Origin: Candidatus Omnitrophota bacterium
GTDB taxonomy: Bacteria > Omnitrophota > Gorgyraeia > JABMRG01
NCBI GenBank assembly: GCA_043823785.1
Contig: JBDRAM010000026.1
Span: forward strand, 1-47,104
DNA length: 47,104 nt
Direction of reading: 5' to 3'
The position numbers and the translations under genes are program-made. Under the pieces are notes generated by a model. It had not been told where the DNA came from and made no database searches. It saw only the letters and a program-made list of their open reading frames with translations. This document shows positions 37,868-45,896 of the stretch, piece by piece; position 1 is the first letter of the stretch, and each line of letters starts with the position of its first letter.

Positions 37868-38994
37868 CCATATATAGTTCCTATCACCAATCTTACGATA
37901 TCGCTGGCAGCATTTGGCCTGGCAAGCTTATGGATATCCTGGCTTATCTCGTTTAATTTCCCGGGTGAGCGGAAGAAAACACTTACTATGCCATTTACTT
38001 CATCTACCCTGCTCAGCTTAAACCCTATGTTATTTTCAAACAGAAAACCCGCGTTATGCATCTCTTGTCCAGGTATAGGATTAATTGTCAAAACCGGTAA
38101 ACCTTCCGCGAGTGTTTCCGCGCATGTTATGCCGCCTACCTTTGTGACCATGATATCGCTTGCCGCCATAATATCATCTATGTTTTTGTAAAACCCAAAT
38201 ATATATGTCGATTTCGCAAAACCTGTTTTCAGGGCATTAAGCCTATGCGCTAATTTGGAATTATGACCGCATACCGCGACTATCTGGCAATCAAAATTAA
38301 GCTTTTGTAAACTAAGGACTGTCTTTTCGATCGGGCCTACCCCAAAGCCGCCTCCCATAACCAGCACGGTAAACTTATATGGGTCTAAGCCTGATACCTT
38401 GCGCGCCTCTTCTTTGGATAGATTAGCGCCAAAACCTTTGCGCAAAGGTATGCCTGTTACCCTTATCTTGCCTTCATCAACGCCTCTTTTTATAAGCTCG
38501 GCCTTTGTATATTCCGCGGCAACAGTATATATATCTACCTTTTCAGACTGCCAGTAATAGTGTGGCTTAAAATCTGTAAGCACAGCAATAAGAGTAGATA
38601 AAAGGGCGCCTTTTTTCTTGAGGTGTGAGATGACTTCTACCCCTAAAAAATGCGTCGCTAAGATAAGGTCGAATCTCTCATTAACCAGAAACTGTTTCAG
38701 CCTTTTGGTATTTAAAGCATTGATAAGCCTGCGTAATGGACTGTTAAGATTAAAGAAAAACCTGTTATCAAGAAGATAATAGACAAAACCCCATAAGGTA
38801 GGGAGGTATTTAACCAGAATAATATAACCTACTCTATAGCAGCTACTGAAAAATCTGTTGGTATAATCTAAAGAATCAATGAGCGTTACTTCTATATCTT
38901 TTTCACTTGAGCTCATAAAGGCATTATTTAATGCCTCCGCTGCCCTCTTATGCCCATCTCCCGCAGATGCGTGTATTATCAAAACTTTTTTCAT
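37825..38994 (-). CDS. MGDG-synthase/UgtP-like diacylglycerol glycosyltransferase (GT28)
   Basis: ASAGDGHKRAA, TDF, TGIP, MGGGFG, PIPGQE. Confidence 0.88.
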   Translation of the reverse strand: MKKVLIIHASAGDGHKRAAEALNNAFMSSSEKDIEVTLIDSLDYTNRFFSSCYRVGYIILVKYLPTLWGFVYYLLDNRFFFNLNSPLRRLINALNTKRLKQFLVNERFDLILATHFLGVEVISHLKKKGALLSTLIAVLTDFKPHYYWQSEKVDIYTVAAEYTKAELIKRGVDEGKIRVTGIPLRKGFGANLSKEEARKVSGLDPYKFTVLVMGGGFGVGPIEKTVLSLQKLNFDCQIVAVCGHNSKLAHRLNALKTGFAKSTYIFGFYKNIDDIMAASDIMVTKVGGITCAETLAEGLPVLTINPIPGQEMHNAGFLFENNIGFKLSRVDEVNGIVSVFFRSPGKLNEISQDIHKLARPNAASDIVRLVIGTIYGPRTTPNQTEFSGI

Positions 38995-39002
38995 ATGATT
39001 TA

Positions 39003-39083
39003 CTCCAGCTCTAGGTTCCAGGCTCTAAGGCATAGGGATTTTAACTCTAATCCCTGCAACCTACGGCCTAGGACCTACAACCT
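39003..39083. repeat. degenerate inverted 7-bp arrays (TAGG / CCTA cores) overlapping a gene 3' end
   Basis: ctaggtt ccaggct ctaaggc ataggga ... tccctgc aacctac ggcctag gacctac. Confidence 0.55.
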
Positions 39084-39945
39084 CTCTGACCCTCCGTATA
39101 TGTTGCGGCGTAGTGCCGCAGCAGCCACCGATAATATTTGCACCTGCCTCAATAAGCTCAGGAATATATTTAGCAAATTCATCGGGAGACTCATCATAAA
39201 CAGCCTTTCCGTCAACAAGTTTAGGCATACCGGCATTTGGCTGAGCTATTAAAAACGCTGTACTTAAAGTGCGCAATTCAGCTATCAGGCCTATAATGTC
39301 CGCTATTGTAAGGTTACAGTTTGTGCCTATAACGTCGCAACCCGCCAAAAGCGCTTCATTCACAAATTGAGGTATGCTGACACCCGATGTAGTCCTAAAG
39401 CCTTTTCCTTGAGTCTTCTGAAATGTCATACTAGCGATAAGCGGAAGTTTCGTATTCCCCTTTACCGCCATTATAGCTTGTTTTAATTCCTCCATATCCG
39501 ACATGGTCTCTAATATAATAGCGTCTACCCCGGCTTCATTCAACACTACTACCTGCTCCGCGAAACATTCAAGCATTTGAGCAGGCTCAATATTGCCAAC
39601 AGGCTTCATATATTCACCTGTAGGCCCGATATCACCCAAAACATACGCCTTATCACCTGCGGACTCCTTTGCGGCCTCGACAGCTATCTTATTTATAGAC
39701 TGGGCCTTTTTTTCAATATTATATTTTTTCAGTTTTATGCTGTTGGCGCCAAAGGTATTGGTCGTTATCATATCAGCGCCCGCATCAATGTAGGATTTAT
39801 ATATGGAGGCCATAACTTTTTTATTCTTAGCGCCCCAGTCATCCGGAGAAGCTCCTTCAGGCATGCCGCTTGACATAAGTATGGTGCCTATCGCCCCGTC
39901 ACAGACTAGCCTCTCTTCCTTCAACCGCTCTATCAGATCCTTCAT
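39061..39945 (-). CDS. homocysteine S-methyltransferase domain protein (stand-alone MetH N-terminal module)
   Basis: DGAIGT, TTNTFGAN, GTNC, PNAGMP, GGCCGTTP. Confidence 0.9.
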   Translation of the reverse strand: MKDLIERLKEERLVCDGAIGTILMSSGMPEGASPDDWGAKNKKVMASIYKSYIDAGADMITTNTFGANSIKLKKYNIEKKAQSINKIAVEAAKESAGDKAYVLGDIGPTGEYMKPVGNIEPAQMLECFAEQVVVLNEAGVDAIILETMSDMEELKQAIMAVKGNTKLPLIASMTFQKTQGKGFRTTSGVSIPQFVNEALLAGCDVIGTNCNLTIADIIGLIAELRTLSTAFLIAQPNAGMPKLVDGKAVYDESPDEFAKYIPELIEAGANIIGGCCGTTPQHIRRVREVVGPRP

Positions 39946-39967
39946 CGCAAACCTCGTACTTTATGAT

Positions 39968-40186
39968 GTTACGTAGGTTACGGAGGTTACGGAGGTTACG
40001 AAAGTTACATTTTTCAAAAAGGTACTCCGTAACATTCGTAACATTCGTAACATTCGTAACATTCGTAACATTCGTAACATTTGTAACATTTGTAACATTC
40101 GTAACATTCGTAACATTCGTAACATTCGTAACCTCCGTAACCTCCGTAACATTCGTAACATTTGTAACATTTATAACATTTATAAC
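39968..40186. repeat. inverted 9-bp tandem arrays: 5x GTTACGGAG-type versus 18x GTAACATTC-type
   Basis: Units counted directly; spacer about 20 bp. Confidence 0.9.
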
Positions 40187-40203
40187 TTTATTTTTATTAT
40201 ACC

Positions 40204-40764
40204 CTATATACTGTTCTTCAATATAACATCTTTTACTGCACATAAAAGATCTCTGCAGGTATAATCAGGTTGCGTTTGCCAGAGCTTCATGTCTTTCCTG
40301 TTATAATAACCGGAAAGCACCGCTATGGTCCTTACCCCATAGCTTTTCCCCGCAGCAACATCCCTCTCTGTGTCACCTATAAAAAATGAGTTCTTCTTAT
40401 CTATCCTAGACTTGCCAACCGCTTTTTTAATAAGCCCTGCTTTAGGTTTTCTGCAGGCACAGCCGGCATCGGGATGATGCAGGCAATAGAAAGCCTTTCT
40501 TATCTTTCCGCCTTTAGCCTCTATGCCTTTAATCATCTTTTCAGTTATTCCTTTAAGGTCATCCCTAGAAAAGAGGCCCTTTGCTACCCCAGCCTGATTC
40601 GATGTGACCACTATATCAAATCCTGCTTCCGTAAGCATCTTTACCGCCTCCGTAACGCCCGGCAAAAGTTTAAACTCCGCTGCCTTCTTTATGTAATCAT
40701 ATCGAATGGGATTCTTATTAATGACTCCATCTCTGTCTAAAAATATCATTCGCTTTCGCTTCAT
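40204..40764 (-). CDS. gmhB: D-glycero-D-manno-heptose 1,7-bisphosphate phosphatase
   Basis: FLDRDGVIN, SNQAG, CLHHP..CACRKP, IGD. Confidence 0.88.
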   Translation of the reverse strand: MKRKRMIFLDRDGVINKNPIRYDYIKKAAEFKLLPGVTEAVKMLTEAGFDIVVTSNQAGVAKGLFSRDDLKGITEKMIKGIEAKGGKIRKAFYCLHHPDAGCACRKPKAGLIKKAVGKSRIDKKNSFFIGDTERDVAAGKSYGVRTIAVLSGYYNRKDMKLWQTQPDYTCRDLLCAVKDVILKNSI

Positions 40765-40771
40765 CGTTCTC

Positions 40772-40929
40772 CTCTATAGAAACTTTTGTGTGCTCGGCAC
40801 TGAAATTTTTTGCAATCTTGCAAGCTGCGGGTATTGTTCGCAAAACTATTATTTTCGCCTCTCCCTTGAACTCAGGGCGAAAAAAATAAAGTTTTGCTTT
40901 ACACAATACCCGCAGCTTGCTTCTCTATA
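40772..40929. repeat. long stem-loop element bounded by 7-bp direct repeats (CTCTATA)
   Basis: 18-bp perfect stem 40820-40837/40903-40920 with further pairing inside; direct repeats at 40772-40778 and 40923-40929. Confidence 0.55.
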
Positions 40930-40937
40930 AAATTCAT

Positions 40938-41366
40938 TTACCGCACATCCCATTTTTTGTTAGTCCAATAGAATAATCCTTTTATCTTAGCAACTAATTG
41001 CCATTTTTTAATTAATGGTATGTTAATAACTGAATATTTATAACTTATCTCATATGCTACTGCGTTATCTTCTGGTATTTTTGGTACTTGTACTCCGCAT
41101 TGATAAATGCGACCTACCATAAATATATCTTTCTCAAATAAGGGTTTTTGCGGATTATTAACCTCTGGCTGGAATATATCATATTTCAAATCAAAAGCTG
41201 GTGCATTACCTATGTTTTTTAACTCTGTGGAAATATATCTGGTATGTGAAAAATCTTTATCGATTGAAATCACAATATTAGGTCTTACTAAAAACGATAT
41301 CACTAAGACAATAAGCGGAACAAAAACTATTAAGAAATTTTTTATTAGTCTAAAGAAACATTTCAT
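40938..41366 (-). CDS. hypothetical membrane-anchored protein (AT-rich)
   Basis: 142-aa ORF, N-terminal TM segment, AGGA RBS. Confidence 0.65.
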   Translation of the reverse strand: MKCFFRLIKNFLIVFVPLIVLVISFLVRPNIVISIDKDFSHTRYISTELKNIGNAPAFDLKYDIFQPEVNNPQKPLFEKDIFMVGRIYQCGVQVPKIPEDNAVAYEISYKYSVINIPLIKKWQLVAKIKGLFYWTNKKWDVR

Positions 41367-41382
41367 ATTTAATCCTAATTAA

Positions 41383-41620
41383 CAAATAACGTTGTCGCGT
41401 AACAAAGCCACTTGTAAAGAGCTTTTGGGGCCAACCGGAGCAAAACCTTTTCCTGCTTGGCCGGAACCCAATTCAGAGCAGGATGTCCGAAAATTTGAGC
41501 GGGCACGGTTTCCGCCGAAGGCGGAAGAGCGAAAATTTTCGCCAAGCGAGCAAAGCCTCGCTGGGGCTTTGCGAGCGGTCCTGCGAGAATTGGGTTTCGG
41601 GCAAGCAAGAGCCAAATAAC
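41383..41620. repeat. GC-rich long stem-loop element bounded by 8-bp direct repeats (CAAATAAC)
   Basis: 19/21 stem 41454-41474/41587-41607; direct repeats at 41383-41390 and 41613-41620. Confidence 0.6.
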
Positions 41621-42396
41621 TACTGCTCAAGCTTGTCTCTTACGAGCTCCCAATACTTTACCCACTTAATAAAATGAACCCACGCGAATAAAACTGAGAA
41701 TATAAATCCGTATACGCCTTCCTTGAAGCCCTGCTTCTTTACATAGAATTTCCAGAAGAGCTTTACCGGCTTTATCTTTATGTTATAAAGTATCTCTTTT
41801 CTGTCCAGGACCCCTTTTAATTCAAGTATCTCCTTCGACTCGATGTCCGTATAACGGTTTTGTTTTGTAACAAACTGTGAAAAATTATCAAAAGGGTAGT
41901 GTTCTATCTCGGCATCCAGGCTGCCTATCTCGCCGTTAACAATAAGCTCATGATGGACCTTGCCCTGGTACAGGGCGAAGCCTTTTTTAAAAAGATGAAG
42001 AGAGCGGTGATACCACCCACCGTATCTCATGAAATGGCCCATAAAGAAATTCTTGCGCCAGAACTTATAAGCCGCAAACCTATCTTCCTTTTGGAGTATC
42101 TTCACCATTTCATTTTTAAAACCCTCTGTTACCACGTCATCGCCGTCAAGCTGCAGTATCCAGTCTCCTGATGAGTTGTCTATACCAATGTTTCTCTCCT
42201 GGCCAAAATCTCCTCCGAATTCGTGCTGGACGATCCTTGCGTTGTATTCTCTACATATCTCTACCGTCTTATCGGTACTAAAACCATCCACAACAACTAT
42301 CTCATCGGCCCATCTAATACTCTCAAGGCAATCTCTAACCTTATCTTCTATGTTTTTCGTAAGTATAACAGCTGATAATCTCTTGCGGGTATCCAT
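41620..42396 (-). CDS. GT2 glycosyltransferase (LPS core beta-glucosyltransferase-like)
   Basis: ILTKN, VVDGFSTDKT, QRN, WILQLDGDD. Confidence 0.9.
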   Translation of the reverse strand: MDTRKRLSAVILTKNIEDKVRDCLESIRWADEIVVVDGFSTDKTVEICREYNARIVQHEFGGDFGQERNIGIDNSSGDWILQLDGDDVVTEGFKNEMVKILQKEDRFAAYKFWRKNFFMGHFMRYGGWYHRSLHLFKKGFALYQGKVHHELIVNGEIGSLDAEIEHYPFDNFSQFVTKQNRYTDIESKEILELKGVLDRKEILYNIKIKPVKLFWKFYVKKQGFKEGVYGFIFSVLFAWVHFIKWVKYWELVRDKLEQ

Positions 42397-42411
42397 TCCT
42401 TACCTCTCTTA

Positions 42412-43542
42412 TTATAGAATCGACCTTTTCACCGCTTCTACTACTGTCTGTGCAGAAATCTTATTCAGGCAGTCTCTGTGTCCGCATTCAGGTATCTTAA
42501 AATTACGGTAACACGGCCTGCAGCTTAAACTATCATTTCTTATTACAATATGTTTTTCACTAACCGGATACGGGCCATAGACTTTATCATCAACAGGCCC
42601 GAATATTGAAACCGTATCAGTGCCTAAAGCAGCCGCTATATGCAAAGGGCCTCCGTCATTTGCTATAAGCATCCTTGCCTTATCAATAATACCGGCCGAT
42701 GTCAAAAGGTCTGTCTCCCCGCAAAGGTCTATACACCTTGCTTCTTTCTCTTTTATATACCCACACATCTGTTTATCTTCCCCGCTGCCTATCAACACCA
42801 CCTTTAGGTTCAGCTCGCCGCACAGAACCTTTGCTATTTCCAGGAAATTCTCCTTTGGCCATTGCTTGCGAAAAGATGTACCGCCCCAGCTCAAGCCCCC
42901 GCCCGGTGCCATGCATACAAATCCTTCATCATCAGCTATGCCTTTTATTAGCAATAGGTCGCGGGCATTGCGCCTGCTTTTCTCCGGTATGTAGATATGC
43001 ATACAGAGGCCTTCCGGTGATTCTATGCCCGCAAGCGCCATAAGTGATATATAGTATTCAGCCATGTGCTTATCATGGTATCCATCAAGATCTATCTTGT
43101 TAGTTAAAAATATCCCTCTTTTTTTATAATTATATCCGATTCTTTTCTTTATGCCTGCCAATTTCAGGAAAAGGCCAAATTCCCGGGCAAGGGAAAGATC
43201 AAATACAGTATCAAATTTCTCATCTCTTGCTTCTCTCAAAAGGCGATAAAGCTTAAGAAGGCACCTATACTTTGAGATCTTCCAGAGGTGCCTGTACTCA
43301 TCCTTCTCAAATATAAAGCACTTATTTACATTGGGGTCGGATAGAATAAAGGGAGCTGTCCTTATATTGCATATATAACCTATATAAGCATTGGGATATT
43401 GCTTTCTTATAGCCCCTATAATAGGTGTGGTAAAAAGCACATCACCGATACCGAAGGGGTTGACAATGAGTATTCTTGGGGATAGTATGTCGTATGTCGT
43501 ATGTCGTATGTCGCTCAACACAGAACTCTCTATTTTTTCCAT
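42412..43542 (-). CDS. GT9 heptosyltransferase-like protein
   Basis: GIGDVLFTTP, APGG, KQWP, NDGGPLHIAAA. Confidence 0.9.
   Translation of the reverse strand: MEKIESSVLSDIRHTTYDILSPRILIVNPFGIGDVLFTTPIIGAIRKQYPNAYIGYICNIRTAPFILSDPNVNKCFIFEKDEYRHLWKISKYRCLLKLYRLLREARDEKFDTVFDLSLAREFGLFLKLAGIKKRIGYNYKKRGIFLTNKIDLDGYHDKHMAEYYISLMALAGIESPEGLCMHIYIPEKSRRNARDLLLIKGIADDEGFVCMAPGGGLSWGGTSFRKQWPKENFLEIAKVLCGELNLKVVLIGSGEDKQMCGYIKEKEARCIDLCGETDLLTSAGIIDKARMLIANDGGPLHIAAALGTDTVSIFGPVDDKVYGPYPVSEKHIVIRNDSLSCRPCYRNFKIPECGHRDCLNKISAQTVVEAVKRSIL
43485..43513. repeat. solo CGTATGT-type 7-bp array (about 4 units) inside the GT9 N-terminus
   Basis: gtatgtcgtatgtcgtatgtcgtatgtcg, encoding DIRHTTYDI. Confidence 0.75.
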
Positions 43543-43546
43543 GGGT

Positions 43547-44599
43547 TCATTTTAATGCTTTCTTTACCGCTTCAAATACCTCTTCAGGAGTAATACTTCT
43601 CAAGCACTTAAAATTATAGGGGCATTTTCTGTCATAGCATGGCGAGCAGCCGGGATCCTTATGAAATATTACATGGCCCTTACCAAACGGGCTCCATCTG
43701 ACAGGGCTGACTCCGGGAATATTTCTTCCAAAAAAAGCTACTACCTTTTTACCTAGAGCTGCCGCTATGTGCATGGAGCCATTATCATTAGTTATAACAA
43801 GATCGGCCCATTTAAATACCCCCGCAAGCTGGCTTACCGTTAGAAGCCCGGCAAGGTCAAAAACTCTTTTGCGCCCGACATCAGATATTATCTTTTCACA
43901 CACAGCCCTTTCACCCTTTTCACCTATCAAGACTATATTTATATCCGCTGACGACACGAGCCTGCGTATAAGCTCGGTAAAATTTTCTATGGGCCACTGC
44001 TTCGCGGGATTACTGGTTCCGGTACTGATAACCACTATCTTACGATCCCAATCTATCTCATATTTCGCGAATAATATCTCAAAGAAATCTCTGTCCTCAT
44101 CAGGCACGGTTATGGAAGGCGGTATATCCCTCTCTCTTATTCCTATGGTTTCGAGTAATTCTAAATTGTAATTTACCTCATGCGTCTTTCCCTCATCCCT
44201 TTTATCCTTTATTTTGCGGTTAAGAAGCGCTCCCCATTTCCGGTCAAAGCCTACACGCACAGGAATACCCGCTAAAAAAATTGCCAAATGAAGCATCTTA
44301 TGAGGGTTAAGCACTACCGCTAAGTCAAAATTTCTATTTCTTAGCTTCTGGCTTAAAAATAATGCCTTTACTAAAGAAGATTTTCCGGCTATTGTGCTGA
44401 ATATGAGCACCTCTTTAAGGTCTTCTCTGTTTGATACTACTCCTTCAGAATATGCTGAAGTCACAAAGCTTACTTCTGCCTTGGGGAACTTTGTTTTCAA
44501 CGAATCGATTACAGGCGTTGAAAGAAGCACCTCTCCTATTCGGTCAGTCCTTAATACAACGATATTTCGTATCTTCTCAGGATTAGTTTCTTTCATCAT
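43547..44599 (-). CDS. GT9 lipopolysaccharide heptosyltransferase (WaaF-like)
   Basis: DRIGEVLLSTP, KQWP, NDNGSMHIAAA. Confidence 0.9.
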   Translation of the reverse strand: MMKETNPEKIRNIVVLRTDRIGEVLLSTPVIDSLKTKFPKAEVSFVTSAYSEGVVSNREDLKEVLIFSTIAGKSSLVKALFLSQKLRNRNFDLAVVLNPHKMLHLAIFLAGIPVRVGFDRKWGALLNRKIKDKRDEGKTHEVNYNLELLETIGIRERDIPPSITVPDEDRDFFEILFAKYEIDWDRKIVVISTGTSNPAKQWPIENFTELIRRLVSSADINIVLIGEKGERAVCEKIISDVGRKRVFDLAGLLTVSQLAGVFKWADLVITNDNGSMHIAAALGKKVVAFFGRNIPGVSPVRWSPFGKGHVIFHKDPGCSPCYDRKCPYNFKCLRSITPEEVFEAVKKALK

Positions 44600-45800
44600 A
44601 AGATAGGTTGCGAAAGGCTGCGATCACCCCTAGGCACAAAAATAAAAACGCGGCTAAAGTAACGGAATACAAATGCGTGTCTACCCCGCAATGAGCTAAA
44701 AAACCAATCGTTCCTGCCAGCAGCCCAAAAGAGAGATCACGGCTTAAGCCCTTTTTAAAATTGCTCATATTTCTAAGGGAAGAAGCTATTACTGACGCGA
44801 GAAATATCAAAAATATGCTTGAACCCACCACTCCGATCTCAGCTGCCATATGAAGATAGCTGTTATGGGTATATCTAACGTCAGGATAGTCTTTTGGTTT
44901 ATATTTAGGGAAATTTTTAGTGTATGTATTGACACCAAATCCTAAGATAGGGTGCTGCTTTACCATAGCCAAAGTACCGCTCCAGAGCTTCTTTCTTTCC
45001 CATACCGTACCACCTACGCTATCGACCTTCAACAGATCCATAAACCTGCTTTTAACAGAGCCGGGCAGAAGTACGGGAGAAAGCACAAGCAATAGGAGCA
45101 TTATTCCAAATAATCTTTTGCTTTTCATCATGGCCAGAAAAAGCACCGCTATTATAAACCCGAGCCATGCCCCTCTTGAGCTTGTAGCCGCAAGCGACCA
45201 TCCGGCAGTTGATATCAGTATAATAAGCAGTATTCTCTCTTTTATATTGCGTGATTTTGAAAAGAAAAGGCTTAGAAGAACGCTTATTACAACTATAAGA
45301 TATGCTCCAAAATCATTTGAATGCTTGAAGGATGAGGAAACTCGATGCAGGCAATCAAGTGAATCTATCGTGCGCTGCCTTATAAGATCCATACCTGTGG
45401 TATATTGGATTATGCCGTTTACGCAGATAAGAAAACCGAATCCCAGCGCAAATAATAAAAACCTCTCTAGGTTTTTCTTTCCTCGGAAATGGTCTATGGT
45501 AGCTGCAAAAAGGAGTGTCTGTGTTATTACCTTCAGCAAGCCCCTTATGCTGTTATATATATAGGCTGAATTCATAAAAGAGGCCAGATTCCATATTGTA
45601 AAAAGTAACAAGAGCAAAGTGAGCCTGCCACCTGGAATAGAGAGGTCCTTATCCAGTATTTTTCTTATGATCCATAATACGATTATGGTGGTGGTAGCGA
45701 TCTCTGTAAAGGAGTTTGAAAAAGCAACCGCAGCCACCAAAAGATAAAATGAGAAACCCCTAAGCCTATCTAAGATATTCGATATTTTCTGTTTTTCCAT
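44583..45800 (-). CDS. O-antigen ligase family protein
   Basis: Multi-TM; SRGAW, HPILGFG, HNSYL. Confidence 0.88.
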   Translation of the reverse strand: MEKQKISNILDRLRGFSFYLLVAAVAFSNSFTEIATTTIIVLWIIRKILDKDLSIPGGRLTLLLLLFTIWNLASFMNSAYIYNSIRGLLKVITQTLLFAATIDHFRGKKNLERFLLFALGFGFLICVNGIIQYTTGMDLIRQRTIDSLDCLHRVSSSFKHSNDFGAYLIVVISVLLSLFFSKSRNIKERILLIILISTAGWSLAATSSRGAWLGFIIAVLFLAMMKSKRLFGIMLLLLVLSPVLLPGSVKSRFMDLLKVDSVGGTVWERKKLWSGTLAMVKQHPILGFGVNTYTKNFPKYKPKDYPDVRYTHNSYLHMAAEIGVVGSSIFLIFLASVIASSLRNMSNFKKGLSRDLSFGLLAGTIGFLAHCGVDTHLYSVTLAAFLFLCLGVIAAFRNLSYDERN

Positions 45801-45805
45801 AAAAT

Positions 45806-45839
45806 AGATCCTTCGCCCCGAACCTTTGGGGCTCAGGAT
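45806..45839 (-). repeat. ATCCTGAG...GAAGGATCT hairpin repeat
   Basis: atcctgagccccaaaggttcggggcgaaggatct on the minus strand; related to 30351-30382. Confidence 0.55.
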
Positions 45840-45896
45840 AAAATTCGCACCTATAACTTATGTCGCACTGCGCGCTCCATAAGTTATGTGCTCATT

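Noticed and set aside
39899-40243. ORFs with VTNVTN, MLRMLR or VTFVTF repeats; possible CRISPR array
   Set aside because: They are translations of a 9-bp tandem array; there are no unique spacers and no cas genes
41375-41677. Short overlapping ORFs on both strands
   Set aside because: They coincide with a GC-rich stem-loop element and are more simply explained as non-coding
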